From a virus, in the IMG/VR virus record IMGVR_UViG_3300027864_000003: 64,000 nt of DNA; one strand, written 5' to 3'. This document shows positions 54,072-64,000 of this stretch, one piece after another. The position numbers were made by a program, and so were the translations under genes. The notes beneath the pieces were generated by a model. The model was not told the origin of the DNA. It saw only the letters and a list, made by a program, of their open reading frames with translations, and did no database searches. Positions within the stretch are counted from its first letter, which is position 1. Each line of letters opens with the position of its first letter.

Positions 54072-57000
54072 TTGATAGATGGAGGGATAAAAACTATCTC
54101 CGATGATGTAAGCCGTTTAGTAATAGAAGTGGACTCAAAAGGCGTGGTAACAGCTACGGGCAATCTTGCGAATTTTGTCAAACACAGCAAGGGGGCTGGA
54201 AACAGCACGGACGATCTCGCAAAAAAATTCGGAGCTTTCCATTTAATAATTAATAAACTTCCGGGACCTTTGAAAGCTGTCGCGGCAGGGTTTATAGGAA
54301 TGATGAATCCAGCAACAGCCGCTATAAGCACGGTTATAGAGTTAGGGGAGATGGCGGTAAAATATGTACAAGAATCCGTTAAAGCGTATCAAGAACAGGA
54401 AGTTCAGCTGGTAAGATTAGGAGCGGTGTTAAAAGCGACAGGATCAGAAGCATGGACTAGTAGCAAAGAATTAAATGATTATGCCAGAACACTACAATCC
54501 GCAACAGGAAAATCGGCAAATGAAATAATGCAGATGCAATCCGTTCTTGTGGGCTTTACCGGGATAGCCGAGGAAAATTTTAACAGATTAACCAGAAACA
54601 TGGTTGATATGGCGGATGTAATGGGCGGCAGTATGATCAGCGCCGCTAACACTTTCGGAAAAGCGCTAGAAAACCCGACAGAGTCTATCGGCGCATTAAC
54701 AAGATACGGTTTCAAATTTACTGATTCTCAAAAAGCGTTAATTAAATCTTTAGAAGAAGCTAACAATTTAGCCAGCGCACAGAAAGTAATACTTGAGAGT
54801 ATGGAAAAAGCTTTCGGCGGCGCGGCCGAAGCCACAGGAAACACAATTGAAGGGACAAAAAGAAAAGTTTCAGCGTTAAAAGATGAGTATAAAGCGTTAT
54901 GGGCGGAAATGAACAATATCCCTACCGTTGTTAAATTATGGCTGGAAGCGCAAACTAAATATTATTCAAGAAATATTGAATTGTTAAAAGAAGAAAAAGA
55001 ATTAAGAGATATAAATGAACGGATAAAAAGCGAAAACCCGGTTGAAAAAACAATCGCTGAGTATGAACGCGCTATCCATATGGTAAATCAATATAAAAGA
55101 GAAATGGCCGGACATGGTATTAAAGATGATAATGACTCGAAAGCTTATAAACGGGAATTGGAATATTGGGAATCAATTATTCAAAAGCATAAGCCTCTTG
55201 TAGATATGCAGAATGATTTAACAAAACAACAAGATGAATATAACAAAAAAATTTTAGAAGGTGTAAGCGGTTATAGCTTATTGCAAGCAAAAATAGAAGA
55301 TGTCTACGCAAAAACAGCTGAAGCGCAGGAAAAAGCGCTAAGCGATCAAATAAAGTATTTCAACGACGCTCTTACTATGACACGCACAATAGCGTATGAT
55401 ATGCAGGGAAATATTACAACAGATAAGAGTAAAATTGCTTCTACCGCTATAATCGGCATATCCGAAGAAGAAAAAAACAAAATAGAAGCGGTATTAAAAT
55501 ATTTAGAAACAAGCTCTAAAAACGCGAAACAAGAACTGACTGAATGGCAGAAAATATTTAAATCCGCTATGAACCTGTCTGATTCTGATACCAAACAGAG
55601 CTGGTTTACCAGGCAATCCTCAGCTATAAATAAATTCAATGAAATACTGGTTACAGCTAATGATAGAGCTAAAATTCTTTATAACACTTTAGGAATTGAA
55701 AACAAAACGTTAGAACAAGCGGCTGAAGCATGGGAAGAAATAGCTTCCAATATGATAATGAATGGCGAGTGGCTTTCAAATAACACTCTATTCCAGCAAG
55801 TAGCTGAGTATGCAAAAGAAACAAGAGACGCTGCAAATGAAGCTAATCTTGATAACTATATAAGTGATCTGAATGCAGAATTAAATCTTTTAAGAATGAC
55901 TTCATCTGAAATGGAAAAACAGCGGCTTATTTCAGATTACAAGGTGATAAATGAAGAAAAAATCTTACAGGCATTCAGATTGCAAAGATTAATTAATAAC
56001 GAGCAATCGTTATCTAATATGTTGTCCAGTGGCTCAGGTATAAATATAGAAAAGATTCTAGGTGTTGGAAATGTAAGCAAACAAATTGAAGAAATAATGA
56101 ATCAATTTAACGGATTAAGAAAAATAGCCGACGTTAAAGTTGAATTAGGGTTAACTGATATTGTAAATGGATTATCAGACATAGAAAGAAGATATGAAGG
56201 TTTTATTGAAACTTTAATCGACCCTGAATTTACAGATTTATTAATAGAAAATGCAGAGCTTATAGCAGAAAAAACAGGCGAGTCGTTTATTGATGTTGCA
56301 GCTAGGATGCTTGATGAATATGGAATTATAACAAAAGAACTCCTTGAGCAATTGAGGCAAGCAAGAGAAAACACAACAAACGCGAAAGCTGACAACTTAA
56401 TGCAAGAGCTTGAAAAACGAAAAGAATTAATCCGGCTATCTGAAGAAGAAATAAGATTAATGGAATTAAAAGAACAATTCGGTAATACAAGAGGACAGGA
56501 GTTATTTGATCTTGAACAAGAAATAGCAAAAATAGAAAATTTAAAAAGCGCGATGAAATCGCTAATTGATTCGTTTAAAGACCTAGCTGCAGGCGGTTAT
56601 CTTGATTTTTTTAACGATCTGGGTAAAGCGTTTAATCAAGGTGCGGACTTTACAAAAGGTTTTAACAGTGCGTTAAAGAACATGCTTAAAAGTTTAATCG
56701 ATGCGATGCCTCAGCTGCTATTGAATGTCGGTTTACAGTTAATGTCAAAAAATATCTATCTGGGTTTAGCTTTCATTGCAGCATCCGGTCTAATGTCGTT
56801 TGTTAGCGGGATGACAAAAAACGCAGAGGATACTGGGCAAAAAGACGAAACCGAGAGATTGAGAAATTTACAACAACAAATAATGGATTTAATTGATGCG
56901 CAAAGAACGCAACAAGAATATTATATAAGACAAAAACAAAGGATTAATAATACAGCAACCAGAGTAAATGACGCTATCATCACCCCTAGAGGGGTAGTAT

Positions 57001-57257
57001 ACACTCACCCTGAAGATTACATTATTGCTACAAAAAGACCACAGGATTTAATGAGCGGCGGTGCGAATGTGATCATTCAAATAAATAATAATGCCAATGC
57101 AACTGTTACGCAAACAGAAAGTACCGATCCAAACGGATCTAAGCTAATAGAATTAACGATAGAAAATGTTATGAGAAAAAAAATCGCTAACGGCGATATG
57201 GACAGTGCTATTGACGCAATGAATCGCCGTAGGGACGGCATTAGGAGACGGTCGTGA
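54072..57257 (+). CDS. tape measure protein
   Basis: SRLVIEVDS N-terminus, long Ala/Gln-rich helical repeats, C-terminal VNDAIITPRG.VYTHPEDYIIA. Confidence 0.9.
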   Translation: MIDGGIKTISDDVSRLVIEVDSKGVVTATGNLANFVKHSKGAGNSTDDLAKKFGAFHLIINKLPGPLKAVAAGFIGMMNPATAAISTVIELGEMAVKYVQESVKAYQEQEVQLVRLGAVLKATGSEAWTSSKELNDYARTLQSATGKSANEIMQMQSVLVGFTGIAEENFNRLTRNMVDMADVMGGSMISAANTFGKALENPTESIGALTRYGFKFTDSQKALIKSLEEANNLASAQKVILESMEKAFGGAAEATGNTIEGTKRKVSALKDEYKALWAEMNNIPTVVKLWLEAQTKYYSRNIELLKEEKELRDINERIKSENPVEKTIAEYERAIHMVNQYKREMAGHGIKDDNDSKAYKRELEYWESIIQKHKPLVDMQNDLTKQQDEYNKKILEGVSGYSLLQAKIEDVYAKTAEAQEKALSDQIKYFNDALTMTRTIAYDMQGNITTDKSKIASTAIIGISEEEKNKIEAVLKYLETSSKNAKQELTEWQKIFKSAMNLSDSDTKQSWFTRQSSAINKFNEILVTANDRAKILYNTLGIENKTLEQAAEAWEEIASNMIMNGEWLSNNTLFQQVAEYAKETRDAANEANLDNYISDLNAELNLLRMTSSEMEKQRLISDYKVINEEKILQAFRLQRLINNEQSLSNMLSSGSGINIEKILGVGNVSKQIEEIMNQFNGLRKIADVKVELGLTDIVNGLSDIERRYEGFIETLIDPEFTDLLIENAELIAEKTGESFIDVAARMLDEYGIITKELLEQLRQARENTTNAKADNLMQELEKRKELIRLSEEEIRLMELKEQFGNTRGQELFDLEQEIAKIENLKSAMKSLIDSFKDLAAGGYLDFFNDLGKAFNQGADFTKGFNSALKNMLKSLIDAMPQLLLNVGLQLMSKNIYLGLAFIAASGLMSFVSGMTKNAEDTGQKDETERLRNLQQQIMDLIDAQRTQQEYYIRQKQRINNTATRVNDAIITPRGVVYTHPEDYIIATKRPQDLMSGGANVIIQINNNANATVTQTESTDPNGSKLIELTIENVMRKKIANGDMDSAIDAMNRRRDGIRRRS

Positions 57258-57619
57258 TAGAGTGGGCAAGATTAAAAGGCAAACTTGTTGGCACTGTTCT
57301 TAACTCTTCATCATGGACTCACTCTCTTGGAATCATAGCTGATGTCACAAGAAGCGGAAAACGAATAGCAAGAGCTAATCATATAAAATCTCCCGATAGT
57401 TTTATTGTCATTATGCACATGACATTAGACGAATATAAGGTGTGGAAAAATTGGTGGAATAATGAATGTAGAAGGGGTGTGCATACATTCGCTTTCCCGA
57501 ATATAAATGATAATACCGGAATATTAGTAGAGTATCAATTTGATCCCGAATCGACACCTTCTGTTAAAAATACCTCTGCTTTAAATCTAGAAATCACTAT
57601 GAACTGGTTGGAGGCTTGA
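57254..57619 (+). CDS. distal tail protein-like
   Basis: GTGA overlap, position after tape measure. Confidence 0.65.
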   Translation: MIEWARLKGKLVGTVLNSSSWTHSLGIIADVTRSGKRIARANHIKSPDSFIVIMHMTLDEYKVWKNWWNNECRRGVHTFAFPNINDNTGILVEYQFDPESTPSVKNTSALNLEITMNWLEA

Positions 57620-58086
57620 TGTTATCTGCGATAAATAAGAAAAAATTAGCTTCTCATGACAGAACTATTAAACTCCCTTATTTAATTAAAATCACTCATT
57701 ATAAGCCTTCGGGAACGAGTTATTACTTCTTCGCTAATTCATCTGAAAGCATTACTTATAATGGTGATATTTACAACTCAGCCGTATTCTCAATACAGCC
57801 TCCTGAAAGAGACGGTTCAAAGATAGGTAACGCTACTTTAACAATCTGTGTGATTGATCAACAGTGGATAGAAAGAATAAGAGAAACTCAGATTCCTGCT
57901 AAGTTAGAATTTATCGCCGTTATTGTAGGCGAAGGAATAGAACCATTGGAAGAAAACAGTTTTACTTTAAGAAATGCCAGTTGGAATGAAATTTCAATTA
58001 CATGGGAAATGATTTTTGATGAAAATATGGCGATCATCGTTCCTTCCGATAGATGTAACGCAATGACTACTCCGGGGTGCGCGTGA
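57616..58086 (+). CDS. tail hub / DUF1833-like minor tail protein
   Basis: YFFANSSESITYNGDIY...C-terminal TTPG; position. Confidence 0.65.
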   Translation: MMLSAINKKKLASHDRTIKLPYLIKITHYKPSGTSYYFFANSSESITYNGDIYNSAVFSIQPPERDGSKIGNATLTICVIDQQWIERIRETQIPAKLEFIAVIVGEGIEPLEENSFTLRNASWNEISITWEMIFDENMAIIVPSDRCNAMTTPGCA

Positions 58087-58457
58087 ACATAGGAAAATAT
58101 ATCGGAATACCTTATATACCTCATGGACGTGATTTAAAAGGGTTAGATTGCTACGGATTAGCAATCTTAATATACAGAGAAAAAGGAATAGAACTCCCCG
58201 ATCCTTGCTATCCTAATACAGAAATCTCAACTAACAAAAGAATCATGGAGAGCCTCGAATCGACTATCCCTAATGAAAAACTTGATAAACCGGAGCCTTA
58301 TTGCTTTATAGAATTTTATGTATTAGGCGAACCTTCGCATATAGGAATCTATTTAGGAAGCGGAGAATTTATTCACTCCTCACGATCAACAGGTGTTGTA
58401 GTTGATAAACTTTACAGATGGGAAAAGAGAGTAAAAGGATATTATAAAGTATTATGA
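58077..58457 (+). CDS. NlpC/P60 tail assembly protein (lambda gpK-like)
   Basis: YIGIPY..GRD..GLDCYGL, HIGIYLG.GEFIHS. Confidence 0.9.
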   Translation: MRVNIGKYIGIPYIPHGRDLKGLDCYGLAILIYREKGIELPDPCYPNTEISTNKRIMESLESTIPNEKLDKPEPYCFIEFYVLGEPSHIGIYLGSGEFIHSSRSTGVVVDKLYRWEKRVKGYYKVL

Positions 58458-61400
58458 TTACAGTATCTATTTTTAGAAGCATGTTAAGCACATCAGACGA
58501 TACTCGCGAAACTCAAAGAATCAGAGAATCAATCACGATTAAAGATTTGTATCCCGATGTCGATTTTGAAGACTCTTTAATATCTGTAAACGGATTCAGG
58601 CAAGATGAAAACTATCTTTTAGAGGATGGCGATGTTTGTACTATCAGGTTATTCCCAAAAGGCGATAATGCGGGTGCAATCTGGGGGGCTATTTTAGGCG
58701 CTATAGTGGGTGCGGCAATGTTTGTTATCGGCTTTTTTACTGCCGGATCGACATGGATATTGGGGGTAACTTTAATTGCAGGCGGCGGCTTAATCGGAGC
58801 GGTGGCTGGTGAGACGATACAGCATGGCAGTTTAGCAAGATGGTTTGGTGCAAATACATCCGCTAAAGACTCAAAACAACTAGAGCAAATCCCGCAATTA
58901 AGAGGAGCTAAAAATCAATCTAACTTTAATAAACCTATACCTTTAGTTTTAGGTAAACATTTTTTTACACCTATGTATGTAGGAAACCCCTACACATTAA
59001 TTGGAGGAGAGGACGGAGAGGATCAATACTTTTATGCTCTTTATATGTTAGGGTATGGGAAGTTAAAAGTAACCGATATAAAGTTAGGTGAAATAGGTGA
59101 CATCGCTTCTAATCACAAAAACGGCTATAAAGACGATGGCTTAATGACGATAGATAACGGATTTATTGACGGCGACCCTTTTATATTAAAAGGCGAACCA
59201 ACAATAGATTTAATTCAAACAAACAGAGAATCGGATGCTATATACCCTCAAGCTGTATTTGAAGAGAGATTAAATATTGAGTTAAAAAATGTCGCTCCTG
59301 TAGATGGAAAAGATACCGATCCGTTAGAGGTAGTCAGGTTTTCCGCGAGAAATCCGCAGAAAATTCAAGTAGAGATCACTTTTCCTAGCGGATTGGTCGA
59401 ATACAATGACAAAGGGGATAAAATAAATAAAAGCGTTAATATATGTTTAGGTTATCGTATATCAACTCCAAATGATACTAATAGATGGGAGCCGTTCGGG
59501 TATTTTGAACCCGGAAACCCCCATAATTCTACATTGGGTGATAATACAGGAAATTTGGCATTCAATACCATAACCCGTAATAAATATAAAGTAATGCGTT
59601 TTGTAGCTGAGAAAACTTTTACAAGTTATTCCCAAGTATCAGATATTTACGATACAAGAGTAATCGAGTTAAAAATTTTCCGTGAAGATGATCAATCAGA
59701 CGATACTAGGGTAATAGATAAAGTATACCTAACAGCTATCAGGACATGGATGTTTGATAATGAAAAATCTAAAGCTGGAATTCTTGTACCGCAAGTTCCT
59801 GTAGTAAGGGAACTGAGAGATAAAACTTCAAGACTTGCTTTTAAGATCAAGGCTACAGATAACACTCAGGGAATGTTAGATGCTCTAAACTGTATAGTAG
59901 AATCCAAGTGTAGAATATGGGACGGCGAGAAATGGAGCGATCCTGATTGGGATATTAAAAAACAACAATGGACAGGAAATTCCGAAGTTCCAACAAGTAA
60001 CCCTGCTTCGTTAGCATTAAAACTCTTGCAGTCTCCCACATTGGGGCGTAAAGGTTACCTTGAATCCATGCTAGACATGAATTCTTTTGGAGAGTTCTAC
60101 GAATGGTGTGAGGAAAAAAAATATACCTGTAACGGTGTTTTAACTACAGAAAAAAGGCTTGATGACACTCTAGCTCTCATTCTCTCTACAGGAAGAGCGA
60201 TGAGAACCCTTAATGGCAATAAGTACGGATTATTGATTGATAAGCCTAGAGAATACCCTGTAATGATTTTGAATTCTCAGAATGTACTCGAAGCTTCTAA
60301 TCAAAAAATCTTCGCCGATATTCCAGACGGATTCTTAATAAAATTTATTAACGAAGCGGACGGTTATTTAGAAACAGAAGTTTACGTAATGAGAAACGGT
60401 TCAAATGACCCCGAATCAATTCCCGGATCAGTGATCGAAAGTATAGAGATTCCTTTTGTTACTAATTACGATCAAATAGTAAAAATCGGTTGGTACTTGT
60501 TAGCTTGCGCGCATTTAAGACCAGAAGTATGGAATAGAAAACTATCTTATGACGGCTATTTAATTGCGATAGGTGATCTTGTAGAAGTTCAAGATGATAC
60601 AATCCTAGTAGGGATAGGAGAGGGCGGTGTTATCACGGGGCTTATTAGTGACGGAGAAAGAATCACAGAAATTCAAACAGACGGTCAATTTGAAGTAATC
60701 GATCCTTCTTTGTCATACGGAATAAAGATCATGCAATATGACGGCTACAATCAACCAAAAGCAAGGGCTATTCAAGTACAGATCACCAAAGCTGGTATAT
60801 ATAATAATTTTCAAGTAAATATCTCTCTTAATAATATTCCTATACCAACTAAAGGTGATATAGTATCTTTCGGGCTTTACGATCGAATTACTACATCAGC
60901 TTTATGTTTCGGAAAAAAAGACAACGGAGACGGAACCTTTGACGTTGTTTTAGTCCCTTATCAAGAAGGAATCTACACTACAGATTTAGGCGAGATCCCG
61001 CCTTACGAAGCTAACATAACTCCGCCTCAATCTTTGCCGCCGCTTAACCAAATTCCTCCGCCGTCTGTTACCTTACCGGATATGATAGATGTATTCGATG
61101 GCATTACATCAGGCAGAGACGCTCAAATGATCGAATTAGCGCCGAGCGTGCAGATGATCATAAGAGGGAGCGACGGCTCACTTGAGCCGAATACGATCTC
61201 TTGTTCTCAGGTGATCATAGTAGGCAACGATCCGCCTGTAACCCCTAACCCTTTAAGGATGTTGCAATATCATACTTCAAAAAACGATGGAACGTATTTT
61301 TTATACACTAACCCTATTGAAGTAGGCGATTGGGACTGGATAGAATTTTTATTATCTGATAATGGAATAGAATTAGACAGGCAGAGGGTTCCTGTTTTAA

Positions 61401-62914
61401 GAGAAGGATCAGACGCCGTTTACCTCGATATAGAGAATCAAAATTATCCTTTATTTTGCACTTATGACGGCGTGCCGAAAGAAAATCAACTTCCGTTCTC
61501 TGTGCAAGCCCGACTTTTTAGAGGGATTGAGTTAGCGAAAGATGTTACATGGGAATTAAGAAATGCTCCTAGAGGTATTACGATTAACAGTAACGGATTA
61601 ATTTCAGTTAATCCGGAATTCAAATACACAGAAGAAATAGTAAATTATCCGGCGACAGGAAATAATATAGTCGATCCGTTAAGTTTGCCTTTTTATCCTT
61701 TCAGCGGAAAGTGGATGACAGGGCGGCTTGAGCTTGGCGCGTTAACCGAGATTGGAGTAAGGGCTTATTATCAAGGAAAAGTTTTTACAAGAAATTTAAG
61801 GATAAGGAAAGTGTTAGACGGCAGTCCGGGAAAAAAAGGAGAGCAGGGCGATCCAGCTCCCGATTACAGAGGACGAGTTACTAATAGAGGAGATCAATAT
61901 CAAAACGGTCGAGTAACAATTAATGGTCATTTAGTTCAATTACATTACGGAGATACAATACTTTATTTGGGGACTACATTAGATTCTGTTTGGGAAAATG
62001 CTATGCTTATTAGATGGACAGAAAGCGGATGGGAAAAACTCGATCCTGACAGTGACGTAAATTCTTCTGACTATATGCTTGCTCTTAATGATATGTTTGA
62101 TGGCGCACCTAATGCCAGATTTAATATATCGTTTATTAAAAGATTATTTTCACAAAAATTAAATGCTGAGGTAGCTAATATTCTATTTAAATTGATTGTT
62201 GGTAGTGGTACTAATGGAATAGAAATTGACGGAACTAAGAGTTGGATTAAATCGAATAACTACGAAAGCGGTATATCAGGATTTATATTAAATAAACAAA
62301 AAGACGCTAATGGTATACAAGCAGAATTTATAGATATTAAAACTGTAAACTTAAATGCGGTTAACGGAGTGGTTGAAGGGACGTTAAAAGTAGGAGACGC
62401 ATGGAATATCGATGGAAGCGAAAATAATACTCAAGCGCTTGGAAGTCTTTTAGCTTTAAAAAGCAGAAATAATAATTCGCTAATGTTAAAAAGTCCTAAA
62501 CTATTCGGTGAGATCTATATTATGGGTGGAGGTGCATTAAATTTAATAGGAAACATGGAGGTTGGTAGCAATTCTTTGGTTAGCTCCAAGGCTACTAAAA
62601 AAATTGAAGGCAATTACACTCCATCAGCTCTTTATAATTTTCTAAACAATCTTGGAATTGGAATAAACGTATTATGTATCGCAAGCGGTTCGTTTGTAAC
62701 ACCTAGCATACAACCAGTTGATTCTCAATTATTTCATGTATCCTGTATTAATAATCAAGTAGGTGTAATTACATTGCGAGGATTTAGTAACAATATGATT
62801 CGTTATTCCGCTGGAGTATATCAGGATCGAATTGTTATCAACAATACAGCAGGTGGTAATATAATTAATATATCAGGGAATACTACAATAAATATTCAAG
62901 TTATGTTAATATAA
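58454..62914 (+). CDS. tail tip / host-specificity protein (gpI-like ubiquitin fold fused to gpJ-like body)
   Basis: N-terminal ISVNG..LEDGDV.TIR plus hydrophobic hairpin; IPLVLGKH..TP; SNPA; 1486 aa. Confidence 0.85.
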   Translation: MITVSIFRSMLSTSDDTRETQRIRESITIKDLYPDVDFEDSLISVNGFRQDENYLLEDGDVCTIRLFPKGDNAGAIWGAILGAIVGAAMFVIGFFTAGSTWILGVTLIAGGGLIGAVAGETIQHGSLARWFGANTSAKDSKQLEQIPQLRGAKNQSNFNKPIPLVLGKHFFTPMYVGNPYTLIGGEDGEDQYFYALYMLGYGKLKVTDIKLGEIGDIASNHKNGYKDDGLMTIDNGFIDGDPFILKGEPTIDLIQTNRESDAIYPQAVFEERLNIELKNVAPVDGKDTDPLEVVRFSARNPQKIQVEITFPSGLVEYNDKGDKINKSVNICLGYRISTPNDTNRWEPFGYFEPGNPHNSTLGDNTGNLAFNTITRNKYKVMRFVAEKTFTSYSQVSDIYDTRVIELKIFREDDQSDDTRVIDKVYLTAIRTWMFDNEKSKAGILVPQVPVVRELRDKTSRLAFKIKATDNTQGMLDALNCIVESKCRIWDGEKWSDPDWDIKKQQWTGNSEVPTSNPASLALKLLQSPTLGRKGYLESMLDMNSFGEFYEWCEEKKYTCNGVLTTEKRLDDTLALILSTGRAMRTLNGNKYGLLIDKPREYPVMILNSQNVLEASNQKIFADIPDGFLIKFINEADGYLETEVYVMRNGSNDPESIPGSVIESIEIPFVTNYDQIVKIGWYLLACAHLRPEVWNRKLSYDGYLIAIGDLVEVQDDTILVGIGEGGVITGLISDGERITEIQTDGQFEVIDPSLSYGIKIMQYDGYNQPKARAIQVQITKAGIYNNFQVNISLNNIPIPTKGDIVSFGLYDRITTSALCFGKKDNGDGTFDVVLVPYQEGIYTTDLGEIPPYEANITPPQSLPPLNQIPPPSVTLPDMIDVFDGITSGRDAQMIELAPSVQMIIRGSDGSLEPNTISCSQVIIVGNDPPVTPNPLRMLQYHTSKNDGTYFLYTNPIEVGDWDWIEFLLSDNGIELDRQRVPVLREGSDAVYLDIENQNYPLFCTYDGVPKENQLPFSVQARLFRGIELAKDVTWELRNAPRGITINSNGLISVNPEFKYTEEIVNYPATGNNIVDPLSLPFYPFSGKWMTGRLELGALTEIGVRAYYQGKVFTRNLRIRKVLDGSPGKKGEQGDPAPDYRGRVTNRGDQYQNGRVTINGHLVQLHYGDTILYLGTTLDSVWENAMLIRWTESGWEKLDPDSDVNSSDYMLALNDMFDGAPNARFNISFIKRLFSQKLNAEVANILFKLIVGSGTNGIEIDGTKSWIKSNNYESGISGFILNKQKDANGIQAEFIDIKTVNLNAVNGVVEGTLKVGDAWNIDGSENNTQALGSLLALKSRNNNSLMLKSPKLFGEIYIMGGGALNLIGNMEVGSNSLVSSKATKKIEGNYTPSALYNFLNNLGIGINVLCIASGSFVTPSIQPVDSQLFHVSCINNQVGVITLRGFSNNMIRYSAGVYQDRIVINNTAGGNIINISGNTTINIQVMLI

Positions 62915-63319
62915 CTTTTTAACCCATTCAAGATCAAAAACGATATTGTGAGCAACTTCAAATTCTTCGCCCGGTTTTAAACTTCCACCTAAAAAACTAT
63001 AATACGAAGGTTTTTCTTCTGTATAATCTTCCCTTCTCATCTTCCATCCGATTAATGAGTAATCTTCATTTTCCATTGTTCCGAAATCTAATACTTCAGT
63101 TTTTTCAATAAAGCTATATGAAAAACTCCAGTTATCAATAACAGGTGGTTTATATTTATTATTATCTACAGGTGGTTCGCCAAACGGATAGCCATTACTA
63201 TGATAAGTGACTGTCAGGTACAAGTCGTCTTCGTTGTTTGTATTATCTAATTCATTTTCGCAATTACTCATAGAAATTATAATAACAAAGATTGTTAGTA
63301 ATGACAATATTTTTTTCAT
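62906..63319 (-). CDS. lipoprotein moron with InlB-B/Listeria-Bacteroides repeat-like domain
   Basis: MKKILSLLTIFVIIISMSN-C signal; VTYHSNG..GEPPVD...LIGW; AAGGGG SD; TTGACA-N17-TAGTAT promoter at 63380-63352. Confidence 0.75.
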   Translation of the reverse strand: MKKILSLLTIFVIIISMSNCENELDNTNNEDDLYLTVTYHSNGYPFGEPPVDNNKYKPPVIDNWSFSYSFIEKTEVLDFGTMENEDYSLIGWKMRREDYTEEKPSYYSFLGGSLKPGEEFEVAHNIVFDLEWVKKLY

Positions 63320-63578
63320 ACTTACCCCTTTAAACAATACATCGTATATACATACTACGAATATATATACGAATTGTCAAGAATTTGTTTTAATATAGAA
63401 TTATTTTATGGTAACAATAAATCTTAATGTAAGTTATGATCTTAGACCCGAGTATAGATATACTCACGTCTTTAAACGATATAATGTTTTTATACAATGC
63501 ACCGAGTAGTGCTAATCATGTTAATGGAGTGTATAGGTACCCTTTTCAGGGTGTTACTTTGTTAGCGATAAGAACATC

Positions 63579-63850
63579 TTAATTTACATTATTACTATAA
63601 GTATAATAAATACTGTCGTTTACCGGAGACGAATTATATTTCCCCATTGAATGAGAAAAAGCGCTACTTACCATGCAAGCCTCTTCTTCTCCTGCCTCTA
63701 TTGTAATTTCTTTTCGTGGATATTTATTAACAATCAATGTGAATGATACTGATTGATTAGAATGGTTTTTTATTATACAGGACGTCCGTCATCGCCGCAC
63801 CCTAAAAATAAAATAAAACTTGTGACAAATAAAACAATGATTTTTTTCAA
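63579..63850 (-). pseudogene. frameshifted lipoprotein pseudogene
   Basis: TTG-start MKKIIVLFVTSFILFLG-CGDDG stops at 63773; a different frame continues TSCIIKNHSNQSVSFTL... to 63579. Confidence 0.55.
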
Positions 63851-63859
63851 TTACGACTC

Positions 63860-64000
63860 TTATCTAAATTTTATCGGAATTACATTTGCGACATAAGTAT
63901 ACCTATTTGTAACACCACCAAAGAACATATCCCGTTCACTTACTATCAACGACTCTAAACTTACAATAAGGATACTATCCGCATTAGGGTATGATGTGCG
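63860..64000 (-). CDS. C-terminal 46 aa of a leftward gene entering from beyond the window
   Basis: Open frame RTSYPNADSILIVSLESLIVSERDMFFGGVTNRYTYVANVIPIKFR*. Confidence 0.6.
   Translation of the reverse strand, partial: RTSYPNADSILIVSLESLIVSERDMFFGGVTNRYTYVANVIPIKFR

Larger units (their letters stand above)
40669..63376. repeat. dispersed 24-bp motif TACTA-N12-CGAATTG, six intergenic copies
   Basis: Copies at 40669, 44705, 45479, 50094, 54015 and 63353, all in the same orientation; partial copy at 38785. Confidence 0.85.

Noticed and set aside
40669-63376. 24-bp repeats as a CRISPR array or Mpi inversion sites
   Set aside because: Kilobases apart, no spacers, and all in direct orientation
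1-64000. Reverse transcriptase or DGR template repeat
   Set aside because: No RT motifs in any ORF and no AAC-rich copy of the variable region found by eye; a computational self-alignment is still needed
1-64000. Integrase, att sites, holin/endolysin
   Set aside because: None recognisable; probably outside the window

Overview
The window is the interior of an AT-rich temperate siphovirus/prophage. No integrase, attachment site, lysis cassette or reverse transcriptase is visible. Host assignment to a spirochete or another anaerobe is inference only, from spirochete-style lipoprotein morons and the general gene repertoire. Layout: (1) 1-3.6 kb leftward immunity/regulatory genes (partial ImmA/IrrE metallopeptidase, TerB-N-like protein, small DNA-binding proteins); (2) 3.3-33.5 kb rightward early region with RusA, a non-coding cluster (atypical tRNA-Met, a five-hairpin RNA, two tRNA-shaped RNAs with alanine identity and abnormal anticodon arms), a DUF6273-like protein ending in a DGR-like variable region, HNH proteins, DnaJ-domain protein, Cas4-like nuclease/AAA ATPase/SSB recombination module, HD protein, ParB, replication initiator with iterons, C5 methyltransferase, two tandem Mpi-like serine invertases and radical-SAM-type proteins; (3) 33.6-36.9 kb self-promoted operon of a multi-TM transporter-like protein, ParB, PAPS-reductase-like protein and ParB; (4) 37-63 kb packaging and morphogenesis genes (terminase, phage-encoded Prp protease, portal, MuF-papain toxin plus candidate immunity, scaffold, P22-like coat with a Prp-type leader, neck, tail tube, frameshifted chaperone, tape measure, tail tip) with leftward morons. 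A 24-bp motif recurs six times through the late region. Family assignments are from motif recognition by eye; no database searches were run.
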